Of a DNA stretch of 57,887 nt, positions 46,866 through 55,682 are shown piece after piece. Numbering within the stretch: position 1 is the first letter of the stretch; every line of letters starts with the position of its first letter. The DNA is from a virus (Duplodnaviria > Caudoviricetes): positions 1 through 57,887 of the IMG/VR virus record IMGVR_UViG_3300030118_006581. One strand, written 5' to 3'. The position numbers were made by a program, and so were the translations under genes. Under the pieces are notes generated by a model. That model saw only the letters and a program-made list of their open reading frames with translations, had not been told where the DNA came from and made no database searches.

Positions 46866-49800
46866 TTATCTCCGTCTTTGACGTTTTGCTCTTCTAACTT
46901 TTGGACGGCTAGTTTTAGAGCGGGTTTTGTTAGGGTAAACAGGTTTCATTCCCAAGGGTAGAGAGTAGCCACCAACACCCCCAGCAGACATCTCATCAAT
47001 GGTATCGTCTATCACTGAATTCAGTCTTTCAGTTTGAGGAATTAAAGAATTCCACAGAGCCTCTCCGTCAATTGATGGCGGAGCATAAGATAAGAAAGTT
47101 TCTTTATCTCTCTCAGCAATTGCTTTTCTCATATCACGAGCACTATAAACAATACCATCCTTGGATTGGACAGGATCTTCAACGATGTCTTCTACATTTA
47201 CACCGGGGTTATGACGCTCAGCATACGATTGCGCACGATCAAAGCGAGTATCCCCTACATCCTTACTACTCTTAACTAAAAGAACCGTATCTCCATCGGA
47301 GGCTGACTCAGGATCAGCAACAAATTCATAGACTGCCTGAACTGGACTGCGGTAGTCTGCAATTTTTGCAGTAATGTTTGGTTCACCGTTCTCAAGGTAT
47401 TCTTCCCAGATACGCAAACTTTGCGCATTGCTTACTTCTGGATAATCAACGGGAGAAATTAAAACAATCACCTCATCAACATCAGACCGTTTAGCAATTT
47501 TATTCACATAATCAAAGTGACCACGATGTGGTGGTTTAAACTTACCAGGGAATAGAGCTATACGCTTACCTTCTTTTTCAGTAATAACTTGAGTGGTGTT
47601 ATTTAGTGATTCGTTTCTTTGGGCTGGTGCTGATTTATCTTTAGCAACTTGAGTTTTCATCTCTTGTCCGATAATTTCACTATTTTTAATAGCTCCATCA
47701 CCAGCAGTAATAGCATCACTCCTATCACCGTAAGTGAAGTATCCATCTATGTCATCAGATAAATTTTTTGTAGCCTTGAAAATTTCTTCAATAGAACCCT
47801 CAAGAACGCCCATATAGTTTTCAGCAACAGCAACAATTCTATCAGTTGAAACGGGTAAATTACCAATAATCTTAAACCCTGATATATCTGAAGATATTCC
47901 TGTACCTTTTTTAGTATCGGGGACGATCTCTGTAGCAGAAATACTCCAGCTTCTGCCCTTTGCGCTCTGTTCCTCTGTTAATAAATCAGTTTTCCAAAGT
48001 TCTCTTTGTTCTTCAATAGTTAATCTAACAAGTCCCTCTTCTGCGAGTTCAGGATTATTTTCAACAGGCTGTGTCTCTTCTTCGGGTTGGGTAGCTTGAG
48101 TATCTTGTTGTTTTAAACGAGCTTCTTTTTCTTTCTTTGCCTTCTCATACTTAGCAGCCATGGCATCCCTTTTTTGGGCGCTATATCCGTATGTATTTTT
48201 AAGAAGCTCATACCTAACGGGCCATTCAGCAGCAGCATAGAGCTTCTTTAATTCTTCCACTTGTTTTACGACGTTATTTTTGTATTTCAGTAATCTTCTA
48301 TCGTATTTAGCGAGTAGATCTGCTGATAATTTTTTATCTTTTTTACCAGGGTAAACAAGGGGTTTATCACCGGAACCAAAAAGTTCATATTTGGCTTTTT
48401 CTTGTTTGCCGGAAGTTAGTAACTCTATAACATTGTCTCGTGTGATAGCAAATTGCTGAATTTGAATTTCATCGCCTAATTTTCTTGTGACAATGTAGAG
48501 CATCTCTGGATAAGTATTTAAAGCTTCTACAAGGTTTGTAAAACTTCCCTCTATTTTTCCACCTTCTTTTAATAATTTTAGACTAACAGGGATTCCCGCA
48601 ACACCTTCTATAGTTTTGAACGCTATAATATCCTCAATGGGTTTACTACCGTCATCAGGGTCTACTACCTGTTCTCCAGAGAACATGGCTGCTAGAAATC
48701 CTTCAAGCACAAAACCGGCTGACGACTCAGTGAAGCTATTAATCACCGCAGATAAAGACTCTAGAAAAATAAGAGTACTAATAATTCTTCGTGGCGATCT
48801 CATATTAGTATCAAAATTAGCTCTATCAATTATATCGTCAAATTTAGCTTGAATATTAGCACCACCTGAAATTGTTGCAAAAATCTTCTCAACCTGTTTT
48901 CTTTCCATGGATTGAGGCTTGCCCCAAGACTCATTAGGGGAGAACTTAGGAAGATTTAAAATAAATTGTCTTGCTCTTTCTTTCTTAATATTATTTTCTT
49001 TCTCTGTTATGATTGGTTTGTCAACAACTAGAGATTCTTTTGTACTTCTTTTTAGGTTCCCGTAGCGGAACATCCCAAGTATCTGATTTAGCGGAGCAAA
49101 GTTGCCCGCAAACTTGTATGTGTGTCCATTATAATCAAAGACCACCGCCTCTACTGGCGTAGTAATCGTAGAAAAGTCCTTGATTTTGTTGAGGTGACGC
49201 TGCATAACAGCCATGGCTTCGGGATTCTCAGTACCAACTGAAGTGATTTCTTTTACAGCGTTCGCAAGCTCATTCTTGAGACGCATTACTTCTTTGTTAT
49301 TATCTTCGATAAAGATACTTCTAAGACCTTTTAACAGTTCAACTGTAAAGTCGTGGATAGCTAACTCTAATGGTTCAACAGATTGTTGAAGCAATACTTT
49401 ACTACCCGCTATTATTGAGTTAAGGTCTTGCAAATCTTGAGGATTCAAGCCTTTCTTGAGTGCTCGCAGTCCTATGTTTCCGGGAAGCTTAAGAATATAA
49501 TTTATTATCTCTTCTTTTAAATTTCTAGGTAATTCAGAATCAATACCATTCATTAACCTTTTGTACATATAATCAAGGATAGTGGAGTCATCATTTAATC
49601 CCTCTTTCCTCATCTCATTATTAATGCGATTAAAAGCTTGATTTAGGGCTTGTCCATCATCTTCAATTTTTTTAATGTCTACTAAAGCTCTTCGTGCTAA
49701 ATTAAAATCATCGCTGTGAAGTTGGTTCTCCATTCTCTCCATAGCATTATCAAGAGTTTCAAGAGTTCCTCTGGGAATTGGTGATTGATCTCCAGTTTCA

Positions 49801-50255
49801 CGATCAAACACAAAGTGACCAACGTCGTGTATTTTTAGTGTTTTATCATCGTAGAGGATAACATTTGCATTACCTGGATCCATAACCTCAGCATTGTACC
49901 AAATATTTGTGTTGGGTCCAAAGATTCTCTCTTTCTCTTCGTCTGATAACGCCTCAACAGCTTTTTCAAAAGTAGCAAAGCCGCCACTAAAAGCCTTTTC
50001 TAACCCTCCACGACCAGCAAACTTTTGTGCAAGCCCTGCGGCATCTAAACCGCCAGACTTTAAATTTCCTTTGTTACGGGCTCCCTTGGCTTTTCCCTCG
50101 GGAATAGAATAAGAAAGAAATAGATTTTGACCGTCTACTTTTTCTTCAGCAGTCAGTTCACCATTAGCAGCAGCTTCAAGGATCTCCTTCATTTCACCAA
50201 ATGTTAAATCTCTATTTTCATAGAGATGATCCATGTGACCAGCTACGCCACCCAT
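46866..50255 (-). CDS. 1129-aa fusion: ligase-like nucleotidyltransferase domain + PD-(D/E)XK-like middle domain + HxGH cytidylyltransferase-like domain
   Basis: EEKVDGQN (KxDG motif I), ARN, EAVVF...YKF (motifs IV/V); middle GFVLEGFLAA...PIEDI...VSLK; C-terminal FPGKFKPPHRGH and SARDMR. Confidence 0.72.
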   Translation of the reverse strand: MGGVAGHMDHLYENRDLTFGEMKEILEAAANGELTAEEKVDGQNLFLSYSIPEGKAKGARNKGNLKSGGLDAAGLAQKFAGRGGLEKAFSGGFATFEKAVEALSDEEKERIFGPNTNIWYNAEVMDPGNANVILYDDKTLKIHDVGHFVFDRETGDQSPIPRGTLETLDNAMERMENQLHSDDFNLARRALVDIKKIEDDGQALNQAFNRINNEMRKEGLNDDSTILDYMYKRLMNGIDSELPRNLKEEIINYILKLPGNIGLRALKKGLNPQDLQDLNSIIAGSKVLLQQSVEPLELAIHDFTVELLKGLRSIFIEDNNKEVMRLKNELANAVKEITSVGTENPEAMAVMQRHLNKIKDFSTITTPVEAVVFDYNGHTYKFAGNFAPLNQILGMFRYGNLKRSTKESLVVDKPIITEKENNIKKERARQFILNLPKFSPNESWGKPQSMERKQVEKIFATISGGANIQAKFDDIIDRANFDTNMRSPRRIISTLIFLESLSAVINSFTESSAGFVLEGFLAAMFSGEQVVDPDDGSKPIEDIIAFKTIEGVAGIPVSLKLLKEGGKIEGSFTNLVEALNTYPEMLYIVTRKLGDEIQIQQFAITRDNVIELLTSGKQEKAKYELFGSGDKPLVYPGKKDKKLSADLLAKYDRRLLKYKNNVVKQVEELKKLYAAAEWPVRYELLKNTYGYSAQKRDAMAAKYEKAKKEKEARLKQQDTQATQPEEETQPVENNPELAEEGLVRLTIEEQRELWKTDLLTEEQSAKGRSWSISATEIVPDTKKGTGISSDISGFKIIGNLPVSTDRIVAVAENYMGVLEGSIEEIFKATKNLSDDIDGYFTYGDRSDAITAGDGAIKNSEIIGQEMKTQVAKDKSAPAQRNESLNNTTQVITEKEGKRIALFPGKFKPPHRGHFDYVNKIAKRSDVDEVIVLISPVDYPEVSNAQSLRIWEEYLENGEPNITAKIADYRSPVQAVYEFVADPESASDGDTVLLVKSSKDVGDTRFDRAQSYAERHNPGVNVEDIVEDPVQSKDGIVYSARDMRKAIAERDKETFLSYAPPSIDGEALWNSLIPQTERLNSVIDDTIDEMSAGGVGGYSLPLGMKPVYPNKTRSKTSRPKVRRAKRQRRR

Positions 50256-50494
50256 TACTTATCCTCTGTGAGTACTTTTAATTCTTCTTCAAGAGCATTT
50301 ACACGCTCATTTAGAGATCTTACGTGGCGCTTAATAGAACGTATATGTTCTTTTGCTAATTGGACTCTTCCAGAGTCTCTTTTGTTAGTAACTCTAATAC
50401 TAGATACAATATCATAAAGAGCTTGAACAGAAGCTCCAGCATCTACTTTAAACTCTTCATTTAGAAGAAACTTCTTAGTCAGCCTTTTTAGCAC
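50255..50494 (-). CDS. Small coiled-coil hypothetical protein (79 aa)
   Basis: ORF overlapping both neighbours; heptad-like C-terminus. Confidence 0.65.
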   Translation of the reverse strand: MLKRLTKKFLLNEEFKVDAGASVQALYDIVSSIRVTNKRDSGRVQLAKEHIRSIKRHVRSLNERVNALEEELKVLTEDK

Positions 50495-50660
50495 TGGACT
50501 TCTTCACTTTCTTGGGTGCTTTTGCAGCCTCAGCTTTAGGTGCAGCTTTAGGTGCAGCTTTAGGTGCGGCCTTGGGTGCAGGTGCTGCTGCTCTACGTGC
50601 AGCATCTCTTGCTGCAACTCTTGCAGCCCTTCTTGCTTTTCTTACTCGTGGACTAGGCAT
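50475..50660 (-). CDS. Small basic Ala/Lys/Arg/Pro-rich histone-H1-like protein (61 aa)
   Basis: AGGAGG RBS; Arg-rich N-terminus then PKAA repeats. Confidence 0.75.
   Translation of the reverse strand: MPSPRVRKARRAARVAARDAARRAAAPAPKAAPKAAPKAAPKAEAAKAPKKVKKSSAKKAD
50531..50578. repeat. 12-bp coding tandem repeat (CAGCTTTAGGTG x3 plus one degenerate copy)
   Basis: Directly visible; encodes the APKA/PKAA units. Confidence 0.9.
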
Positions 50661-50742
50661 TATTAATTCCTCCTAATATTTGACTCTAAGTCATTATAAA
50701 TAGTAAGCAGCAAAGCTATATTCTTATATTGTTGTCTTATTT

Positions 50743-50994
50743 TTAGGATGAACCAGTAGGAAGGGCAACCAGCATACTGCCAGTGACTCCAAGTTGAAAA
50801 GTTTTAGCTTGTCCTAAATGATTAGTTCCTTGAATAAAAAGCCCAGCGTTGGGTTCAGTAATATAAACTGATCCGGAATTTTGCTGTGAGCCGTGAATAT
50901 GCCCTTCCTCTAGTGCTTTGTCTAAAGCCTTTGTAGCTTCTGCTTTAAGTTGTAGAATAGATGAAACGTGACCTAGGAATCTTCTCTTCTTCAT
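50743..50994 (-). CDS. Small putative virion protein (83 aa) sharing a C-terminal motif with the 694-aa fibre
   Basis: GLFIQGTNHLGQAKTFQLGVTGSML vs GLFLQGTDSSGSTARFQVVVQGGML. Confidence 0.65.
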   Translation of the reverse strand: MKKRRFLGHVSSILQLKAEATKALDKALEEGHIHGSQQNSGSVYITEPNAGLFIQGTNHLGQAKTFQLGVTGSMLVALPTGSS

Positions 50995-51461
50995 TATGAA
51001 CTACCACCGTCATACCCTAAAGTTTCATCAGTTACATCTAATCTATAATGTCTGTCAACATATCCGAATATATTAACTTTATCATTTGATGTTGTTGATG
51101 CATAAATAGAAACATTTTTATGTGGAACACCAGGATAAATTTGTTGAAGCCCTTCTCGATTGAGTACTTGAATAACAAATGTTTTTTTAGCGTCTGAAAA
51201 AGCAGCCGCAGGTGCTGTACTACTAGGAACTACTGCTATAGTTAAATTCAAATCACTACTTGAATCATGATTTGCTGCCCACAGAAAAACCTCATCAAAA
51301 GCATAATCAGTTGTTGTGTGAACTAAAGTTGTCCCTGATACATTAAGTGGGACAGTCGAGCTATCGCCAGATAAAGCATTGCGACTTCTTAATATGCCTT
51401 TAGTATTGTATGCACCACCAGATAGTGACGGAGCAGACAATTGATTCCCTAACTTAGTCAT
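50994..51461 (-). CDS. Hypothetical beta-rich protein (155 aa), probably virion-associated
   Basis: AAGGAGG RBS; DEVFLWAAN...VNIFGYVDR beta-sandwich-like pattern. Confidence 0.6.
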   Translation of the reverse strand: MTKLGNQLSAPSLSGGAYNTKGILRSRNALSGDSSTVPLNVSGTTLVHTTTDYAFDEVFLWAANHDSSSDLNLTIAVVPSSTAPAAAFSDAKKTFVIQVLNREGLQQIYPGVPHKNVSIYASTTSNDKVNIFGYVDRHYRLDVTDETLGYDGGSS

Positions 51462-51500
51462 ACTGAAGCCTCCTTGTCGTTTTATAAATACTCTTAAGAA

Positions 51501-51695
51501 TTATATTTTTTCGTCTCCAAATAAATTTACTATTTGCACGCCCCGTGTGGGTTTAGTTTCTTCTTTTGTGATAACCTGATTAATTTCATAATCTACTACA
51601 GGTATCTCTAGAGCAATTTCTTCACTTACCGGCTTTTTTGCTGGCTGTTTTTTTCGGTATATTGTAACAATTACTGTCTTGTAATTGCTTGGCAT
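51501..51695 (-). CDS. Small hypothetical protein (64 aa)
   Basis: AAGGGGG RBS; fits between neighbours. Confidence 0.6.
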   Translation of the reverse strand: MPSNYKTVIVTIYRKKQPAKKPVSEEIALEIPVVDYEINQVITKEETKPTRGVQIVNLFGDEKI

Positions 51696-51710
51696 TTTAT
51701 CCCCCTTATG

Positions 51711-52643
51711 TTACAGAGGTTCAAAACCTCCATCATCTTTAACGGAACCAATGTGAAAATATTCATGAAGATTGTTGTGCAAATTTTGCATCATCTTGAT
51801 CATAGTAGAATCTGTTTTATCTTGATTGTTGTTTAATTTTTGCCATACTTGCATTTCGGCTTTAGCAATTGAGTTTCTCAAAAATACTTTTATTGCAAGA
51901 AGTGGTGATGCAACACCAATGTTTTCCATCGACCGATACCCAGCAAAAATATTGCCAATCAATTCATTATTACTATTAACAATTGGAGACCCGCTGCTTC
52001 CTGGTTTAGTTGGCATACTATACATTGCATAGCCTTCTGGTGAATACCCTGTAAAATATCCGTCAAATGTTAGAACCATTCTTGGAAAAACAATACCATG
52101 AGGTGCAGCCATATTATAAGCAAGTTGTCCTCTTTTAGGTCGATCTTTGGCTACTTTAAGAATTGGTGGCTTAGTTAGTACAGTATTTACTCTGAGTAGG
52201 CAAAGATCAAATCTTTTATCAATGGCAACCACATCAGCATTATATTTAAAACCATTGTAATCAACAATAGTAAATTTTTGACCCATATGAGTTACCACTA
52301 CACTATCTATTTTTCTTTCTTTCATAAATGTACTACGACAAGAATGCCCTGCACTTAAAACATAACTTACATCACTTGAGACTTCACTGTGTTTAATAAA
52401 AGACCCAGATGAAACAGCACGAGATTTTGCGTTTTGACATTTGACTTTATTGTCCTTATCAAGTTCACATCCTTTCCAAAGTGTATCACTTCTTAGTTGA
52501 ACAAAGGATTTTACTGGAAAATTATGCCTTAGTGGTTTTGCCTTGTTATGGTAAGAAGTACAGGCACCAGAACAGCTTGCAACCGTAACATATAACAGGG
52601 TGATTAAACACACTCTAAGGGTATCCGTAATTATTCGTATCAT
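51711..52643 (-). CDS. Trypsin-like (S1) serine protease, exported, possibly a lipoprotein
   Basis: Triad motifs LSAGHSC, FDLCLL, PGSSGSP; hydrophobic N-terminus with VASC lipobox-like site. Confidence 0.87.
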   Translation of the reverse strand: MIRIITDTLRVCLITLLYVTVASCSGACTSYHNKAKPLRHNFPVKSFVQLRSDTLWKGCELDKDNKVKCQNAKSRAVSSGSFIKHSEVSSDVSYVLSAGHSCRSTFMKERKIDSVVVTHMGQKFTIVDYNGFKYNADVVAIDKRFDLCLLRVNTVLTKPPILKVAKDRPKRGQLAYNMAAPHGIVFPRMVLTFDGYFTGYSPEGYAMYSMPTKPGSSGSPIVNSNNELIGNIFAGYRSMENIGVASPLLAIKVFLRNSIAKAEMQVWQKLNNNQDKTDSTMIKMMQNLHNNLHEYFHIGSVKDDGGFEPL

Positions 52644-52647
52644 AAAA

Positions 52648-52653
52648 TAACTA
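52648..52653 (-). promoter_or_regulatory. Candidate late-promoter element TAGTTA, 4 nt before ATG
   Basis: AA-TAGTTA-TTTT-ATG. Confidence 0.5.
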
Positions 52654-52727
52654 TTTCCGAATAAAGAGTTTCAGTCTATTTAAGTTGTAATAAGTTACAA
52701 ACGCACAAACCAAGAAGGTGTTATAAG

Positions 52728-53027
52728 ATGTTGTCAATGTGTCAAAAAATGATCAAAATAGCCGCTTTTGTATTAGCGGCTTTAGTTTTATTCCCCTCAA
52801 ATGCTATCTCAGAGCCAAAAACTTCTGATTTGCAGCCAATTTGGGAAAAGATCAATGGTGAGTGGAAATTTAATGAAATAAAGAGACAAAAGCACCAAAG
52901 TCTTGTCTATGTTATAACTACAACTGAGAATAACTCCAGCAAAAACATACTTACTAAAGAAATGGTGAAACTTCCCTTCATCCAGATCATCGATGAGAGT
53001 AAGAAAGAGGGAATATCACTTCACTAG
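52728..53027 (+). CDS. Small exported hypothetical protein
   Basis: Signal-peptide-like KIAAFVLAALVLFPSNAIS; first gene of the plus-strand island. Confidence 0.6.
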   Translation: MLSMCQKMIKIAAFVLAALVLFPSNAISEPKTSDLQPIWEKINGEWKFNEIKRQKHQSLVYVITTTENNSSKNILTKEMVKLPFIQIIDESKKEGISLH

Positions 53028-53043
53028 TTTTTTAGGAGAACAT

Positions 53044-53517
53044 ATGACAAGAGTATTAACTAATAGATGGGTGCTCTTGTGTGTTCTTTGTGTGACAATT
53101 GCAGTCTCCTCGTTTTTAATATATAAAAACAATTTTCAGCCAGAATTAGTATTATCAAAAGACATAACTTATTATCTACCTGGACAAAGAGATAATTGTA
53201 AATGGATATTACAGGCAGATAATAATTTAAGAAACATAGCTGGCGAAACAACTGAAATTAGAATAGGTATACCCGAAGTTCAAGCGGGCGGTTATCTAAG
53301 CGGCCGCATAGAAGTGGGACAACATAATAATCTGATGCTTGCTTTTGTCCCCCCAGGGACACAAAAGAACAAAGTTCCTGTTATTCTAACAGCAGACTAT
53401 TCTGAACAAGAATTGCCGATCAATTTTTTAAGGTTTAGGTGGGTACAAAGCAGCACAATAACTATTCTTATATTTTCCTCCGAAGAAATGTGTATCGCCT
53501 CTAGGGGTAAAAAATAA
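53044..53517 (+). CDS. Membrane-anchored hypothetical protein (157 aa)
   Basis: AGGAG RBS before ATG 53044; N-terminal TM WVLLCVLCVTIAVSSFLIY; TAATG overlap with the next gene. Confidence 0.7.
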   Translation: MTRVLTNRWVLLCVLCVTIAVSSFLIYKNNFQPELVLSKDITYYLPGQRDNCKWILQADNNLRNIAGETTEIRIGIPEVQAGGYLSGRIEVGQHNNLMLAFVPPGTQKNKVPVILTADYSEQELPINFLRFRWVQSSTITILIFSSEEMCIASRGKK

Positions 53518-54764
53518 TGAGATTCTTACCCTTACTGTTTGCTCTTAGTGCTATCTCTGGGTGTGAAGAAGATAGGCTTGTCAAGATTGAGTGCATTCCT
53601 GGTGAAAAACTTGTATGTGATGAGCACGGTCAAGACTTCCCTGCGGCTGATCCTATTGATATCGCACAAAGAGCAGGTCAGTGTTCTTACGGTTTAAAAA
53701 CTTGCACAACAAGTGGCTGGTCAGAATGTGTGGGAGCACGAGGACCTTCTGAAGAAATCTGTGATGGCATAGACAATGATTGTGATGCTGCCATTGATGA
53801 AACCTACCCAGAAATACATCAGCTTTGTGGGTTTGAAGAAAACGTTGATTATGGGGTTGGTATTTGTACACCTGGTGTTATGAAATGTGACAACGGGGGT
53901 TTATATTGTGATGGTCACGTTGGACCTACTGAAGAAACGTGTGATGGGGTTGATAATAATTGTAATGGAACTGTTGACGAAAATATTCCAAACTCAACTG
54001 CTGTTGTTTGTTACGAAGGTCCAGACGGAACTTTAGGCATTGGAGAATGTCGAGCAGGAATTAGGTACTGTACTGACGGCAACTTTGGTGGACCTTGTGA
54101 TAATCAAACTTTGCCAACCTTAGAAAGATGTGACGATCTGGATAATGATTGTGACGGTGAGGTTGATGAAGGTTTTGATAATCGTGGTGTAGATTTAGTT
54201 TTTGTTCTCGATATATCCGGATCCTTCAGGGATGAGATAGACTCAATGATTCAAGGCATAACTCCCCTCTTAGACGACCCGATAACGAGCACATTTCGCT
54301 TTGGACTAGTTGTTGTAGGTGCTAGGGGCGGTGATGACTTAAGACCGCAAAATTACCTCGCAAGAATGGTGTCTGATTTTGTCTATGCTGACGAGTTTCT
54401 TGCTGTGATAGAGGCCGGCAGAATGATACCAAGTGCTGGACAAGAGCCAACAATTGATACAATGTACTGGTCAATGAATACTTATCCATTTTCGTGGAGA
54501 CCAGATGCACAAAAAGTTATTATAACAATGACTGACGAAGAAGCACAGACAATGAACGAGCACCCTATGTCTTGTTTGGAGATAGGTGAACTATCAAATA
54601 CTTTAGGTTTCGAACTATTTGTATTTGCCCTTGAACAACACCATAACACATTTATTAACTGTGTAAGAGGTGAAAGAGACCGACTGTACACACCTACAGC
54701 AAATTCAGAAACTGTATTTTTACAGATCAGAGCTATATTCGAAGACCTTTGTATCGGTCGTTAA
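53517..54764 (+). CDS. Lipoprotein with three Cys-rich (MopE-related, ExCDxxDNxC) repeats and a C-terminal vWA domain
   Basis: Lipobox ISGC; repeats EICDGIDNDCD, ETCDGVDNNCN, ERCDDLDNDCD; MIDAS DISGS, later TDEE. Confidence 0.88.
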   Translation: MRFLPLLFALSAISGCEEDRLVKIECIPGEKLVCDEHGQDFPAADPIDIAQRAGQCSYGLKTCTTSGWSECVGARGPSEEICDGIDNDCDAAIDETYPEIHQLCGFEENVDYGVGICTPGVMKCDNGGLYCDGHVGPTEETCDGVDNNCNGTVDENIPNSTAVVCYEGPDGTLGIGECRAGIRYCTDGNFGGPCDNQTLPTLERCDDLDNDCDGEVDEGFDNRGVDLVFVLDISGSFRDEIDSMIQGITPLLDDPITSTFRFGLVVVGARGGDDLRPQNYLARMVSDFVYADEFLAVIEAGRMIPSAGQEPTIDTMYWSMNTYPFSWRPDAQKVIITMTDEEAQTMNEHPMSCLEIGELSNTLGFELFVFALEQHHNTFINCVRGERDRLYTPTANSETVFLQIRAIFEDLCIGR

Positions 54765-55034
54765 TTACTCTTCTTCAGTTTCTAAATCTGGAATTTCCCC
54801 GATTAAATCTGCTAGATTTTGCAGTTCTTTAATGCTTTCTTCTAATCCCTCAATTACATTCTGAACTTCTGTAAGAATATCAACACTGTTTCCTTCTTGT
54901 AGTGAATCACTAACTTGTGCTGTATTTTCTTGGAATCTAGTACCTAAACGACCAATTACCAGAGATAGGCTATTTCTAGCTATTCCTCTTATGTCTTCTT
55001 CTAAAACTTTAAATGATATCTTTTTTAACTTCAT
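54765..55034 (-). CDS. Small hypothetical protein (89 aa)
   Basis: ORF convergent with the vWA gene, 1 nt from the upstream stop. Confidence 0.65.
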   Translation of the reverse strand: MKLKKISFKVLEEDIRGIARNSLSLVIGRLGTRFQENTAQVSDSLQEGNSVDILTEVQNVIEGLEESIKELQNLADLIGEIPDLETEEE

Positions 55035-55035
55035 T

Positions 55036-55605
55036 TTATTTCCCCGTAAAGTGACTTATGATTGTTCTTAAAACCAGATCTTTTTCTTCATCTGTTTTTG
55101 CAACGTGAAAAGACCAAGCTGCTGTGCTCTTTTGAGTATGTATCTTCTTAGAAAGTAAAACAACATTATTTTCTAAAATTTGTATTGATTCTGGTGTTAG
55201 TTCCATTAACTCTATATTCAGGTTGCCTGCCAATTCTAGTAAGGTCGCTAGATCATTTTCCTGATAAGCTAAAGAAGCTTTAGAAAACATACCAGATAGA
55301 GTATCATCTCCAATCTTATCAGGATGAGTTTTTTCTGCTATCTTTCTGTAGAGCTTTTTTACATCATTGTTTTTTTTGTTTTTGGTTGCCTCGACTTCTT
55401 CAGATGTTTCCTCTTTGTTTTGTACATCTGGGTTTGGTTTTGTAATTTTGTTTTCAAATATCCTTTTGTATTCTTCAGGGTACCTTTGTTCTATCATTTC
55501 CCTTATTTGTTTATCTGATTGCAGACAAATCTCATCAACCTCTTCTTTTTCAAGAATGAGATAAGAATGTTGAAGTGTAAGTTTCTTAATTTTGATGGAA
55601 GACAT
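55036..55605 (-). CDS. J-domain-like (DnaJ HPD motif) protein
   Basis: VKKLYRKIAEKTHPDK...AY. Start reassigned to ATG 55605 because the track's longer start lies at the terminator hairpin. Confidence 0.78.
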   Translation of the reverse strand: MSSIKIKKLTLQHSYLILEKEEVDEICLQSDKQIREMIEQRYPEEYKRIFENKITKPNPDVQNKEETSEEVEATKNKKNNDVKKLYRKIAEKTHPDKIGDDTLSGMFSKASLAYQENDLATLLELAGNLNIELMELTPESIQILENNVVLLSKKIHTQKSTAAWSFHVAKTDEEKDLVLRTIISHFTGK

Positions 55606-55609
55606 AATA

Positions 55610-55615
55610 TAAATA
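55610..55615 (-). promoter_or_regulatory. Candidate late-promoter element TATTTA, 4 nt before ATG
   Basis: CC-TATTTA-TATT-ATG immediately after a strong terminator, so a new promoter is needed here. Confidence 0.62.
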
Positions 55616-55618
55616 GGT

Positions 55619-55648
55619 AAAAGGACGGGGGACCGAAGCCCCCCGCCC
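55619..55648 (-). terminator. Rho-independent terminator after the fibre gene
   Basis: GGGCGGGGGGC-TTCG-GTCCCCCGTCC-TTTT; 11-bp stem with two G:U pairs, UUCG loop. Confidence 0.9.
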
Positions 55649-55682
55649 ACAAGAACCTATACTACGGTAAATCAACTACTTA

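Noticed and set aside
47586-48995. Intein in the 1129-aa protein
   Set aside because: No Cys/Ser start, His-Asn end or LAGLIDADG blocks at the insert borders.
50531-50578. CRISPR-like or regulatory repeat
   Set aside because: Head-to-tail 12-mers with no spacers, in frame within a coding sequence.
793-52032. Dozens of short plus-strand ORFs in the track
   Set aside because: They lie antisense to long, motif-bearing minus-strand genes and lack recognisable motifs; shadow ORFs.
55606-55650. N-terminal extension MGGGLRSPVLLPIYI of the J-domain ORF
   Set aside because: It is the translation of the terminator hairpin; ATG 55605 fits the TANTTA-N4-ATG pattern.
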